Below are positions 31,717 to 45,914 of a stretch of 64,000 nucleotides of DNA, piece after piece. The position numbers and the translations under genes are program-made. The DNA lies in NCBI RefSeq assembly GCF_006345805.1, contig NC_042998.1:159216001-159280000 (forward strand), written 5' to 3'. The first letter of the stretch is position 1. Each line of letters starts with the position of its first letter. The notes beneath the pieces were generated by a model. It worked only from the letters and a program-made list of their open reading frames with translations. It was not told the origin of the DNA and did not search any database. The DNA comes from Octopus sinensis (Eukaryota).

Positions 31717-32605
31717 AAGGTGAACATTCGCATAACGGAAGGTTTGACAGATTTATTTTTAATTCAGAAGACTGATCATAATTATTATGTTCTTACGTCG
31801 ATTTCAAGGTCGGAGAGATTTTTTTTTTTTTTTTTTTGCCTGTAGATGTTAATATCATACAAATGTTCCAGCTGTGACATTTTTAAGAGTTAGTTATGTA
31901 ATTGAAAACATATTTGTGATATCTAATTGTAATCGATTTTATAGATTTTTTTTTCTTTATGGCTAATATGATGCTAGGAAGACTTTGTTAGAATTTTTAA
32001 CATTTGGAATTTCGCTTTTAAATTCGTCCGACAAAAAATTATTAGGTTTTCTAAATCTAATATTCTTCATTAATGAAAATTAGCAAAAGTTAGGAAGAAT
32101 TTATTGGTAGATGGGCATTTATTAGTCATAAAGCTGAATTTAACTTTATCATTCTTATTGTGAAAATTCATCAATATGTCTATATATAAAATATATTTGA
32201 CTCTGCATTATTTTATGAAGGCACATGCCTATAGATATTTGTGTCCGCCTTTGTATGGAATTTTTGGCACCATTCTATTATTTTCATAGTAAGTTTATAT
32301 GTTATACTAATACATCTGTTTGTTGTCTACACCACCTGTCTTCGTCTTTTGTTTCTTTTTTTTTTGTGTGTGTGAATTTTCCCTATATATATACACACAC
32401 ATGTGTATGTTTTCATTGTTTGCATTTACGAATGTATGCGATTATGAGCATGTATGTATATATATATATTTATGTATGTATGTATGTATGTATGTATGTA
32501 TGTATGTATGTATGTATGTGTATGTATATATATATATGTGTGTGTATGTATGTATGTATGTATGCATATATGTATGTATGTATGTGTATGTATATATATA
32601 TATGT

Positions 32606-32681
<76 letters not shown>

Positions 32682-33185
32682 AGTATATGTATACACGAGG
32701 GGTATATGTGTGTGTGTATGTATGTATGTCTAGATATGTGCCTGCGTTCGTATACATTTATGTATATGTATGGATTTTATTTTTTTATGGGTATTTATAT
32801 ATTTATTTCTCTGTATGTAAATTAATGGCATTTGTCATACATTATAAATAGTCTCAGGAATATCTACACCTAGAAATGTTCTCACCACGATGCAGACCTG
32901 GAGAATTTTCTTTTTTGTGTGTGTGCAAGGCTAGAAGTTGTCCATTGATGGAAGTCACCTCTCTGTCCACGCCACTGGAAAAATAAGGTGAATGCATTTT
33001 GGCACCAATGTCGTCGCAGGTTACACTGTCAGAATGCAAAGAACTGTAAACAGTTTCACAAGATGTTCCAACGCTCGCTCAATCCACCAATCCTCTACCC
33101 AGGACTGGTATATGTGAGTGTGCGCACGCGTGTGTGTGTGAGTGAGTGAGTGAGTGTGTGTGTGTGAGAGAGAGAGATAGTGTGT

Positions 33186-33253
<68 letters not shown>

Positions 33254-33547
33254 CGCGCGTGTATCAAGAGTTGACACTTCAAGTCCTGAACAGCTCAGTG
33301 TGAGGCAAAACTCCGAATAGACTGTCAACTTTTGTTGTTATAAACATATCTAACCACGGTACCCAACGAACTGCTTATACATGAACACATACATACATAG
33401 AAACATACAAATCTGTGTGTAGGGCGGGTGCGTGTGTGTACGCTCTCACACACATAAATACACACATACACAAACAGACAAACACACACACATATATATA
33501 TGTATGTGTGCGTATGTGTGTACCATTTTAATTTATTTATCTATCTA

Positions 33548-33615
<68 letters not shown>

Positions 33616-34206
33616 GAGAGAGAGAGAGAGAGAGAGAATCTCTATCAAAACAGACCTTGTGTAACTGTTTATAATTTGACCTAAAGCAACATTCAACTCT
33701 TAACATAAATATTACATGCAAACGGTAACTTGTGACCGTAATCAATCTCCCAAGGCAACTTCATATTACATTCTAGTATGTTCACATAATCACGTATTCT
33801 TTACTACCATTGCATATTTCCTATCCTAAACTCAAAATATTTTAATTCTATATTTAGTCTGTGCGTCACCTGATTGCTGTGATATTTCTTAAGTGTCAGC
33901 GTCGCTTGGTGCGTACTACTCAACACCCGCTTTCAGCGCTGAATCGCAGAAAAGCAAAGTAAGAGTTGAATGCGTTAAGTGCCACCCAGCTAATATATAT
34001 TCCGTCCAGAAACAAGCCCTAGATAATACTTCCCCGTGATAACACAGGGTAACAGTAAGATGTGACGTGGTCACTGGTATGCGACCACACCCTAGAGTCC
34101 GCCAGCAGATCCCTATTTGTGCACCTTTGAATGCAAAGAGTTTGAAGAGTGTGCACTGAAAAACAGTGCACCGCTAACAAATGGAAAGAAGTTTCTAGTA
34201 TTTCTT

Positions 34207-34933
34207 ATAGCCATCTGGAATGTTTGAACATTGCAATAATCGATAGATAACTTGTAACTAAGTGATGATAGACACAAAACGGTTGTACTTGATGCAAGAC
34301 TCGCAGGATTAACTATAGACATTGCCGCATTCTAAGAAGCAAGGTTTGTGAATTATCTATTACAAGAGATACACTACATTTATTTTCACGAACGAAAAGG
34401 GAAAAGATAACAGAAGAGAACATGGGGTTGGTTTTCCAGTAAAGAAATTTCTCTTCCTATTAATATAACTACTTCTCTTATTGAAGGAAGTCACCGTTTG
34501 ATTCCCAACACCGGCCCTGTGAATCATGTGACTGTCTATGCTGCAACTTTTAAATACAGAATTGAGATTAAAGACCAATTTTACAGTGAGATCGATGAAC
34601 ACATTGGACAGCTTAATCAGAAGACCTCTAGTTCGTCGAAAGTCTCCAACGCCAGAGTCAGTTCAGAGCATGATGTCAGGCCTATATGCATCGGTCACCA
34701 CGGTCAGACATTGTTGGGAGTATGTTGCGCCAAAATACTCTATATTTTAAATACCTAGTTCTCAAACAAGTGTAAGCATAGAAGTTCATGGAAGCATTCA
34801 ATATCGCATTAGTGACACCAACTCGATCTCGTTATTGTTAGATTTAACCGTCGTTAAACTGTTCACAGCTCTCTCTCTCTCTCTCTTTCTCTATCTATAT
34901 CTATCTATCTATCTCTCTGTCTCGCCCCCCTCT

Positions 34934-34970
<37 letters not shown>

Positions 34971-35890
34971 TCATCAGAAAAGATGTAGTATAGCCAAGTA
35001 AAATGTTCCATGTACCAAGCCAAAGAGAGACCCTAGCATAAGCATTAGCCACCCTAAAGTTCCTCTTCGTTAGTGGTATTGCCACCAGCTGACGCTTGTG
35101 CATATGAAGAATCTAGATGAAACCATTTTAGTTCTACTATCTACAGGTCTTTCATCGAGGCCTTCGAGAATAAAAAAATGACTTGTCGAGTGATATGGCA
35201 GCAAGTTTTAAACTTTAGAACCCGCATCACGAACCAAAAGACAAGCTATCATTAAATAAGAAAATATGCAACTCAGCAAGGTTTCAGCTTATTGAAAATA
35301 ACAAGAAAATATGCTAACATCTATAAGTTGGAGTTATACCTCTTGTATTAATAATTTTAGGGTCAAGTATAGCGGCATCAAATAGGTTGTTGGTCAACCG
35401 TGGAGAAAACAGCCCCTTATTATCAAAATCTGCAGTAAATAGATAGAATGATGGATGAAGCATTACCTGGAACTTTACCTCCCAAAGAATATAATCTCCA
35501 AAGAAGCCCTAATCAGTTTTCTAACAATTCCAGTACTTGAGAAGCGTGACACTAAGACAATCATGGAAGAGTTTTTTCCTATGTTTGGCACCAACATTCT
35601 TGGTAGCAGTCGCGTTACAGTTCCTCGTGCTTCTCTATCTCTGCTGGAAGAAAGACGAGAGACCGAAAAATATGAGACACAAAGATTGAGGATGATGGTT
35701 GTAACTGAAGTAACTGCCGGAGAATATCCTTTTTTTTAACATTGTTGGTAAGGTATTTGATCGGGATTATCTGGCTAGATTACAGAAGATAGTTGATCCC
35801 TTATATCCAGAGACGCAGTGTGGCCTTTAATCAGAACAACTAACCGCTGACATGATTTTTTCCTGTGGAACAATTCCAAGGAAAAGTCAA
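34207..35890 (+). mobile_element. degraded RTE LINE: APE endonuclease and RT N-terminal remnants, interrupted
   Basis: APE-like IAIWNV, IDIAA, REHGVGF, VTVYAA, KDQFYSEIDEHI, NARV, CIGHHG (34207-34740); RT N-terminal WMKHYLELY, LNIVGKVF, RLQKIV..LYPETQCG, TADMIF (35450-35890). Confidence 0.75.
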
Positions 35891-37989
35891 TTATAGCAAA
35901 CTGCAATACTTCACGGGTGTGAAGTATTCTTCGAAAGAATGAAAATCAAAAATAATTTGAGTGGGGTTTAACTTCAGAAAATTAGAGGTACATTACTAAA
36001 TATCACATGGTATTTTGCCCGCCGCTGCATCGATTCTTCCCTCCATAGATTCTTGAAGATTAGTCTGCTTGTTTTGTAAGGGTTAAGGATTAAAAACATT
36101 TATTTACGACACGTTATCTAGTAAACTTAAGAAGACTATTTAGCTATTAAAAGCTAATCGTTCGTTAACAAAACGTAGTGGAAGGTACAATAAAAGCTAA
36201 TAGACTGACTTGTAGCTTTCTAACAGTGAATTTTGACAGACTGAATTCCGTTTCTCTGGATTTCTCAGAGATCAGTTTCGGCTTTTTTTTTTTTTTTTTT
36301 TTCACTTTTCCTTAAGTCTCTGCTTTGAATAATGTAAAAGAGATTGGAAACGAGAAACAAACAGGAAATCGATATTCTATTGTAAACAAAAAGTATGACA
36401 CACAAAGAGATGTCTAGTTGCTGTGAAACATAAAAGTCTTCATAATAATTTTATTATTTATTTTTATATTGAGAGTGATGAAGTAGAAAAATCGGTAGAG
36501 CGCTCGATAAAACTACCTGGTGGTATTTGACTGCATTCCTCTATGTTCTGAATCCAAATCCCAGCCATGACTTTACCATTTATCTTTCTACGATATAAGT
36601 TAGATAATTAGACTATTTTAGAAATCAATGTCAAATAATAATGTATCATTTCATGTCCATTCATGTCAAAAGCAGCATACTGCAACTGTGAAAAGAATAA
36701 TGATTAGTATTTCTCTTTTTGACGGGAAGTTCGCTTCGCAATCACGAGGTTCTAGATTCGATACTACTGCAAGATATTTGGAGTTAGTGGCTTCTACCAT
36801 AAACACGGATTGATAAATGCCTTTTGAGTGAAGTTGGGGAGACGATAATTATGCTAATGCCTGTAATGTGTTTCGAAATATTGGATGCTCTTAGATGTTC
36901 CTCCGTCTTTCGACGATTAGGATTCAGTTATTTGATTAACTGAATTTCCTGCCCCTTAACTAACGTGTAAGCGGCTGAACATTCCACAGGCAGATGTATC
37001 ATTAACACAATCATCAGGTAGAATCAGCGCAACATAATGTTTAGCAAGGCTGTTCCTTTTCTATTACAGGTACAATCCATTCGATTGGCTTCTACAATTT
37101 CCCTCAACCCAATTTCTCTCCCAAGATATAAGTCAATCTGACACAACAGAAATCGACATTTACCCACGATGCCACGCAATGGAATCAAACGCTTGAGTAT
37201 ACATTGCATACAATTTAAGTATTTGGATCTCATAAGGTTTACTGATCGGTTCTGTGAAAACAAAAAAGCTGCATAACTGCCGATGTTTTGATTGGCATTT
37301 GTTACTGTTTTGCTTGGTTTTAGTTTTTTGGCTATTATCTTTGTGTTCTTCCGTTTTAGCTTCAAATAATTCAAATATGGAGAACAGTGTTCTTGATCTT
37401 AGTAGGTCGTTCCAGACTGATTAGGTTGATAGAGCTGATATCTGCAGGGTGGGGAAGGAATTCTAGGGAATTGTAGTTCTGTGATTGTAGTAAAAATGCA
37501 TAGAGGTGGTTTTTGAAGATGATTCATTTTCCAGTGAGGAAGAAAAAGAATGATGTGGGTATTTTGTAAGAGTTATAGTGAAGGAGGAAAGGTAGATAGT
37601 TAATTTAAAGGAACAGAAGCCTTTCTACTAGTGGTTTACATGTCAGAAAGAAGAAACAACACATCTGTGATTAAGTAGTTGCTGTTGTTTGATCCAAGGT
37701 CAACCCTAACTAACCTCTTATCAAAGGTATTCTACATTATTTAATGAGTCCTTTCTTTACTTAAGGCGCTAGAGTATCATTTGAGTGACATTTAACTATT
37801 ATTTATAAAAGGTTGAATGACCGCCAAGGGATTAGAGGTTGCATTTTCGTTAATATAGAGAAGATATTCTCACACGCTACACCCCGCCATCATATAGTTT
37901 TACATATATTCATTCTCCCACAGTGAAAAGGTAACTAGATATCCCCTGTCACCTTTTCACTCTTTTTAACTTTCATCGCACATGCCTTG

Positions 37990-40400
37990 ATCCATTTAAT
38001 CTACAAGGCATTTCGCCAGATATGAACAATCTCTGTATACTTAGAGCTCAAAACAATAACAAAATACAGAAACTACAAATCTCAGAAGGAAAAATACTTC
38101 ACTACGCCTATACAATGCATTACGCTCGTTGCACTTCTTACAAATATCTTTCAATCTTTGACAATCTTCCATACCGAGTGGACAATCTTCCCTATTCGAA
38201 AATAACCGCTAAGTTTCCTTAGCCAGATATAAGTTCCAACTTGAACAGCTGTTATACATAATTAAAAGAATAATGTTCAAACCTAAACCAATTTGTTTAT
38301 TACATACCAGAACTTCCTAGGTCTCATAAAATTAAATTCACGTGGTTATCAAACCACCATGTAACAATTTTTTACGATTTTATCACAAATTAAATTTAAT
38401 AGACAAGAAACAAAATAAAAGCAATTGCCGAGACTCTCTCTATGTCATAAAAGGCAGAACTATTTTTTATGGTTCAGTCTGAAGAAAAAAGACAGCAATC
38501 ATACTCGTCTTTCAGAGCTTCCATTATTCTTGGTTAACGAGATGATTCTCTTCACTTTTTGTTTTTAGTTTACTTAACCCAATTGTGGTTTAGTAAGATT
38601 CCTTAATCGGTTGTAAGGAGCCATGGAAATTAGATTTGTGACCTTTGTAGGAGAAAAAAGTGCTCTTATAAGGCCAGAGTGGTTTTCTTAGCTTCCTAGA
38701 TGATTTCAGGTGTTAAAGCGTGTTAAAAAATTTTTGAAGTTGTTGGATGTTTCTCATAAAGTGGGAGATCGATGTGTAGCATTTGGTTAGGTTCATTACA
38801 TAAATGTTTTCTGGTTTTGTTAAAAAATTGAACATTGTTAGGTTTTGAAAAAAGAGTAGATTTATTTTTCTGGTATCTTTGGAAGTTGTTCAGTATTAGC
38901 CTGTGTAATGTTCTTTATCATATAGAAAAGTTCTTATTCATAGTTGGTGAGGTATTTTTTATAAGGTAGATATTTGGTAATTGCGTTGGTCTTGATTTTT
39001 CTGAAAAATCAGGATTTTTGGTGGCTCAATAAGTAATTTTAATATAAAATTTTGGCAAGTAAAGCAACATTTTTGAGAGAAAAGTGCATTTTTGTTTCTT
39101 CAATTATCTCTCGCTTCTAAATTTAATTCTTAAGGTTTGTCTTCCTCAGCATCAACATGCATTCAGCCAAGGCCACAATTAACTATGGCTCCAAACCAAA
39201 TACACATTATAGACCGTTCTTTAGCAGCAAATAAAATACCTGCAAAAATAATCACCCATTAACATCCTAATGGAAGCCAAACATAACGCTATAAACCTCA
39301 ATATACAAGACAGTCAAAATGATAACCCTTAAATGCTCTACTATCACCGACAAAGATCAAAATTCCAACCTCTATAGTTATCAATCTTACAAGTTAATAA
39401 GCCCCGATAAAACACAAGCCAAAAAGTTTTTTTGTAAAATACTCTAGGCAAAATTATGACGCTAATGAACGTAACCTCAAGTGAGGAAAAACTTTCTAGA
39501 CCGAACCTCCTATCTTACCAACTCCCAGTCTTCACCTTGCAAGTAACCTAATATAACCAAATAATATATACACATCTCATCCAATCAGCCAACAACCAAA
39601 CACTTAGCAATTCTACCGAAACAGTTCTCTTTGTCTCTGTAGACACTCATACAACGTATCTCGCTTCAATGATAACGTCCATATATAAAATGACAACTGA
39701 GAATACAGAAGCTTTAAAGATAAAATACGTTGAACCCCCAAAATAAAAAAAATACAAACCATCTGGTACACACACACACACACCAATTTAATTCACAAGC
39801 AACTACTTTCGTAACAAAATCATTCCAAAACAGATTTAAAAGAGGTTTGCCTCACAACATAAAAATGCTACTACATTTTCAAAACAAACTCAGACTCCAA
39901 CTCTACAACCCTCATACCCAAACCCGTTCGAATATCGCTTAACAAAACTTAACACAGACTCATACTTATCCTACCAGCAGATCATGCAACTGTCATAAGC
40001 AAGAGCATTATCCCCTAACAAATAGTTTGCAACACAAAGACGCCGTCTACTTCGTCAAAGTAACAACGCACCCTTCTGGAAAAACTACTACAACAAATTG
40101 AGACTACGTCTCAGCTAAAACCCACACGCTTTCAAAAACATTAACTGAATGTCGGACAATAGGCTATCAAACCGTATACATGAAACCGTGTGTTCGTCAA
40201 ATATATCGGCACAGTGCATTCTATCATTTGGATCATTATAGACCGATCTAAATCATGCAAACCGTCATCCAAACTCTGCGGACTGCATATCCAAAACGAG
40301 AGAAATTCCCTTTCGTACTGAAAATACACTAAGTCTTAAATGTAAACTAATCTCCATTTTCTACGGATACACTACCTATTCCCTTATCAAAATATCATGA
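37990..40400. mobile_element. heavily decayed Penelope-like element remnants in both orientations
   Basis: Plus strand 39970-40370 gives RSCNCHKQEHYPL..DAVYFVKVT and IWIIIDRSKSCKPSSKLCGL (PLE endonuclease/C-terminal pattern). Minus strand 38570-39040 gives FSYKGHKSNF, resembling the PLE RT LKDHK.NF motif. Confidence 0.5.
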
Positions 40401-40447
40401 ACCGCACATACTGCTAACTTAAAACCTAACTAAAATATTATCCGGTC

Positions 40448-40448
40448 T

Positions 40449-40538
<90 letters not shown>

Positions 40539-40544
40539 ATACAT

Positions 40545-40588
<44 letters not shown>

Positions 40589-40658
40589 TTACATATACAT
40601 ATATATACACACATTTATATACATATATATGCACATATATATATATATACATACATAC

Positions 40659-40708
<50 letters not shown>

Positions 40709-40742
40709 ATATTATATATATATATATATATAGATATATATA
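40448..40742. repeat. (CTAT)n plus (TA)n microsatellite
   Basis: Seen directly. Confidence 0.95.
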
Positions 40743-40843
40743 TAAGTCAACGCAAACTCGTTATTTCTACATCTGACTAAATGTATATGCATTTCTGTAA
40801 CTCTACATGTCTGTGTCATTGTATACATATATTTCATTCCGTC

Positions 40844-40929
<86 letters not shown>

Positions 40930-41896
40930 AGTGAGTGAGTGAGTGAGTGAGTGAGTGAGTGAGTGAGTGAGTGAGCGAGTGAGTGCACGCTTACAAATAT
41001 ACACCTATATATATGCATATATTGTATATACATATATCATCTTCATCATCACAGGCATTATCAACATTGATATCGCTCGGAATCTAGAGCTTAATTCCAC
41101 TTTATTATTTACGTGTTCTAAGATTCTTGACCCACAAAGAAATAGAAATTAGATAAAGCACATCTGAGTCTAAAATTCCTCTTTGTTTTCTTTTTCTATG
41201 AGATCGACAAACAGGCAGAAACCCAACTCTTGATTGATCACAGGGTGCCATGGTAATTGTTATTCCTGTTACGTTCAAGGATCAATCTATTCCTTCTTGC
41301 ATAACTCTCCTAGCAAACAAATTCAGCCTTGATTCCTACATACAGACAGAGATTAATGACATTCAGCCTCGGTTTGAATCGTTCGTTTCAACAGCAATAC
41401 CTCTTAGACGACGTTCCCTGCAGGCCCGCCATCAGACTTTGGTACCTGGGAGTGCTTCAGAATATTCTAGGTCGGCATTAATTTGTAATAATGCTTAAGT
41501 GGAGTCACTAAAGTAGAGTAAATCTAAAGGTGCACCACTGAATCGTGAGGGGTCAGTGCCGTCCAGTGCATCCTTAGCGATGAGTACGGTTCCCAGGCCC
41601 TTTCATTGGCACCGTTTCCTTGCAAACTAACAACCAGCCTTCGGCAATGGAAGCTCATCGGAACAATAACTTACCTTTTTTTATGACAGGTAATACAATA
41701 ACCTCTTCGTCATTCGACCTTGTAGTTAAGCTTTCTGTGATTAATTTTATATATGATACTATATTAGCAGACATTCTAGAGAACTTACATCCAAGGAGAT
41801 CTAACCGTGTGTCAAGCAGAACTGTGACACCACGTAGAAACCAGAGCACTTTTCTGTCTGTTCTTTGTTCTATAAGCATACAGGTGTGTGTGTGTG

Positions 41897-41981
<85 letters not shown>

Positions 41982-42339
41982 TGTGTGTCTGTGTGTGTGT
42001 GCGTATGTGATTTTTGTTTCCTTTTGTAGGTTACATTGAGTCTTATATGCGGAGATTGTAGAGTCGAATGATTATCTTTCACCCGTCGACGGCTTATTGA
42101 AAAGAAACTGTGGACCCTGTTTATCTCACGTAAATTAATATATGCATATATTTGTATGAGTATAGGAATATGTGTGTGTATATATGTATGTATGCATGCA
42201 TGGAATTATGCACGTACGTATATATGTATGCATGTACATGTAAATTGAACTTTCAGCGGTTATTTTGTAGCATTGTATCAATTAAATTGAACAGAGATGT
42301 GAAAGCCATAACAATGAGGCTTCCAAAATAAAATAAAAT

Positions 42340-42410
42340 AACGAAACAATAATAATAATAGTAATAATAGTAATAAATAAATAATAACAATAATAATAAA
42401 ATAATAATAA

Positions 42411-42452
<42 letters not shown>

Positions 42453-42466
42453 TAGAATAATAATAA

Positions 42467-42512
<46 letters not shown>

Positions 42513-42526
42513 TAATAATGATGATG

Positions 42527-42559
<33 letters not shown>

Positions 42560-42600
42560 TTAAATAAATAAATAAATAAATAAATGAATAAATAAAATTT
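42340..42600. repeat. (AAT)n / (AAAT)n microsatellite
   Basis: Seen directly. Confidence 0.95.
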
Positions 42601-42986
42601 TAATGTTTATATTTCTATGTTGAATATTGTTTAGAATGTTTCTCTTTCTTTGTTCCAATGTAATTTTTAAAAAGACCCTCTGAGGTCGAAATTTAAAAGA
42701 AAGAATAATGAAACATTTGTTTTATTATTATTGCATTTTTATGGCTTTTAAAACTCTGTTTAACATAAATATAGGTTTGCGTGAATGAACATGTGCAAGC
42801 TTATGTGTATGTAGTTGTGCGTGCGGGCATATGTATGTGTGTGTGTGGTCTATGTGATAGGTTATATCCATTAGAGGTTATTATCTTGCAACTAATACAC
42901 AAATACACACACACATACTCATATAAATATATTGATATTTACACAGAAATATATGCATGTAAGTGTGTGTGTGTATGTGAGGAGAG

Positions 42987-43037
<51 letters not shown>

Positions 43038-43043
43038 GTTTGT

Positions 43044-43085
<42 letters not shown>

Positions 43086-43334
43086 TGAGTGTTTATTAGA
43101 GCGTTGTAAAGTGAAATTTAAGACGGAACAGCACAGTACGTCCACTCGCGAACACGAAGAATGTACGTCTATTGCCTGGTGACCATATAGTGTTACATTC
43201 ATGACATGAGCAGCAGTAAATGCATGATTGTGCGCGTGTGTGAGTGTGTGTTTGTGTACATATATACATACCTGTGCGTATATTACACTGGATTGTATCA
43301 CATTATACATATATATGTATGTATATATTGTTGA

Positions 43335-43756
43335 TACTCTTTTACTCTTTGACTCTTTTACTTGTTTCAGTCATTTGACTGCGGCCATGCTAGAGCACCT
43401 CCTTTAATCGAGCAACTCGACCCCGGGACTTATTCTTTTTGTAAGCCCAGTACTTATTCTATCGGTCTCTTTTGCCGAACCGCTAAGTAACAGGGACATA
43501 AACACACCAGCATCGGTTGTCAAGCAATGCTAGAGGGACAAACACAGACACACAAACACACACACATACATATACATATATATACATATATACGACAGGC
43601 TTCTTTCAGTTTCCGTCTACCAAATCCACTCACAAGGCTTTGGTCGGCCCGAGGCTATAGCAGAAGACACTCGCCCAAGGTGCCACGCAGTGGGACTGAA
43701 CCCGGAACCATGTGGGTGGTAGACAAGCTACTTACCACACAGCCACTCCTGCGCCT
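43335..43756 (-). mobile_element. family A SINE
   Basis: Near-identical to 1565-1973. Confidence 0.88.
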
Positions 43757-44073
43757 ATAGTATATATATCGAAATGTAAAAGACTTTTTCTACTCTTGAG
43801 CGTTATACTAATATATCTGTTTGTTTTGTACACCACCTGTCTTCGTCTCCCTAGATATATATATATATATATATACGCACACAAAAACAGACAAACGCAC
43901 ACACATGCATATTCACATATACGCACAGTCATATATAGTTATTTATGTGTATATACATATATACAGTTTCTTAGTTTCGTATACACACCTAAAAACATGT
44001 GCACACTTACACATATATATATATATACACGCACACACACAAACACATACATATATATATGTATATGTATATG

Positions 44074-44105
<32 letters not shown>

Positions 44106-45087
44106 TGTATGTATGTATGTATGTATGTATGTAGTATGTAAGTATGTATGCATGTATGTATGCATGCATGTATATATGTATATATATATATACACAAGTG
44201 TGGATGTTTGTATATATACCTCTTTGTGTGTATGTGCATATATTTATGCGTATATATGCATATATTTATATGTGTTCATATATGTATTTTTATGTCTGTA
44301 TATTTATACCCACTTCCCTTTCTGTTTTTATCTCTGCAAACCCTCCTAAATTAATTTTCATCATAGCAGACAATAATAAGATCTTTAGGCACCCGTTCAA
44401 TGAACCTGAACTAACGATAATCTGGAGAAAAACCATACAATGCAATTCTATTAAATTAAGCTCTTAAAAATTTCATTACAAATACTGGAGTGAAAATGTA
44501 TTTCTATAGGACTACTTGATGGATGTATTTGTACGAGCTGTTCTTTCCGATTGGTATTCATTGATAAATAATTAAGTATATGTGTTTATGTATGCCCCTT
44601 TACAAACGGATGTTAATATCTACATATCCTTACATCAATACGTACCGAAAATGTAAATTAAAAATAATAATATAACTTTATATACTTACAAAGTTCCCGA
44701 ACAAAACATCTCATCCTAAATCACATTTATTCCTATATTCCAAATTCTGAAATACAATTAATAACCTCGCTTACGCAAAAACATCTATGCCCTTTAGCCT
44801 CAAGAGGTTACTCCATTTCAATGACATTCGTGACCAGCCATGGGCGAAACTCAGAGTAAACTGTTATATTTTATATATCTCTCCACTCTGCCCAACATAT
44901 TTAGTTCTATACCAGATAAAGTTTACTGTATTTATAATATGCATTCAAGTTCTAGGAATAAATATTATACCGGATTTTTGGTTGATGTCCTAGAATTTTT
45001 GGACTAACTCGACTTTTCTGACAATGTCAAATTGTCTGAATTTTCTTTTTTTTTGTTTTAGCTACGGAAACATTTGCGCCAGAGGCC

Positions 45088-45499
45088 TGGAGCTGTTTTC
45101 TGCTGGCTACATTTAAGAAGGTTGCATTCTCAGAATCACTGTGGTTGGCGGATAAGGCGACGAGAACGCCATGCCTTTTTTTTCGTTTGTATTAGATTCA
45201 AAACCTGAAGTGTAGACAAGGTTCGAACACTTCCGTCCTAGAAGTTAAGATGTTCCCCTCGACCCGGAGAACATCTTAATATCCTCGCCCATTCTACTAT
45301 GCACAGCTTGCACCGTTTGCTCCCGTTGATGTTTTTCATCAACGGAAGCAAACGTAGCAAGCTGGGTGAGAATATTAAAGAACTCCCTCCACCCGGGGAA
45401 CATCTTAAATTCTGAGACAGAAGTCTTCGGACCTTGTTTACACTTCATGCGATTCCTTCTGAAATCCTGGGACCTACAAGCTGATTGGGTCGATTCCAG
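45088..45499 (+). ncRNA. long rod-like/branched RNA fold (non-coding)
   Basis: Nested helices 45111-45127:45447-45465, 45206-45227:45426-45447, 45240-45258:45395-45413, 45276-45289:45365-45378 and 45304-45331:45337-45364, closed by a U5 loop. Confidence 0.6.
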
Positions 45500-45588
45500 A
45501 TAGTGGTATAAGGGACCCTGACCTTTCTTCTTTGTCTGTGTGTTCGAAAACTAGACACGAGACCTTTTCTCCCTCCATTTTGAAGAGC

Positions 45589-45688
45589 GGTTATAGGCCA
45601 CCGGTCATTGGAGTCTGATGAGACGTGTATAAAGCTAAGCGCTTTATGGACGCGAAACCCTGAGTAACCTTATGAATCGGTCATAACT
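45589..45688 (+). ncRNA. type I hammerhead ribozyme candidate
   Basis: Core CTGATGA (45615-45621), stem II closed by G45622-C45653 with ATAAAGC/GCTTTAT, GAAA (45654-45657), short stem III, GTA site (45664-45666), and an extended bulged stem I (45589-45614 with 45667-45688). Confidence 0.65.
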
Positions 45689-45799
45689 AACATTCTCTAA
45701 ATAATCTACTGCTCTATAACTTAGAGTGTGCTTCTCTTTCGTATTTATGACTTACTGACAATATATATATATATATATATATATATACAAAATAATATA

Positions 45800-45835
<36 letters not shown>

Positions 45836-45914
45836 TGTATGTATGTATGTATGTATGTATGTATGCATGTATGTATGTATGTATGTATGTATGCATGTAT
45901 GTATGTATGTATGA

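Noticed and set aside
33858-33958. Possible 101-bp exon with an open frame and GTAAGA donor
   Set aside because: Weak acceptor and unrecognisable peptide; expected by chance in 64 kb.
42030-42129. Strong splice acceptor (TTTCCTTTTGTAG) with a downstream GT
   Set aside because: All three frames contain stops; it could only be a UTR or non-coding exon, which cannot be supported without RNA data.
45245-45408. TTAA-flanked GATGTTCCCC inverted repeat as a piggyBac/Kolobok MITE
   Set aside because: Pairing continues well beyond both TTAA sites (to 45088/45499), so TTAA is not an insertion boundary. It is not fully excluded.
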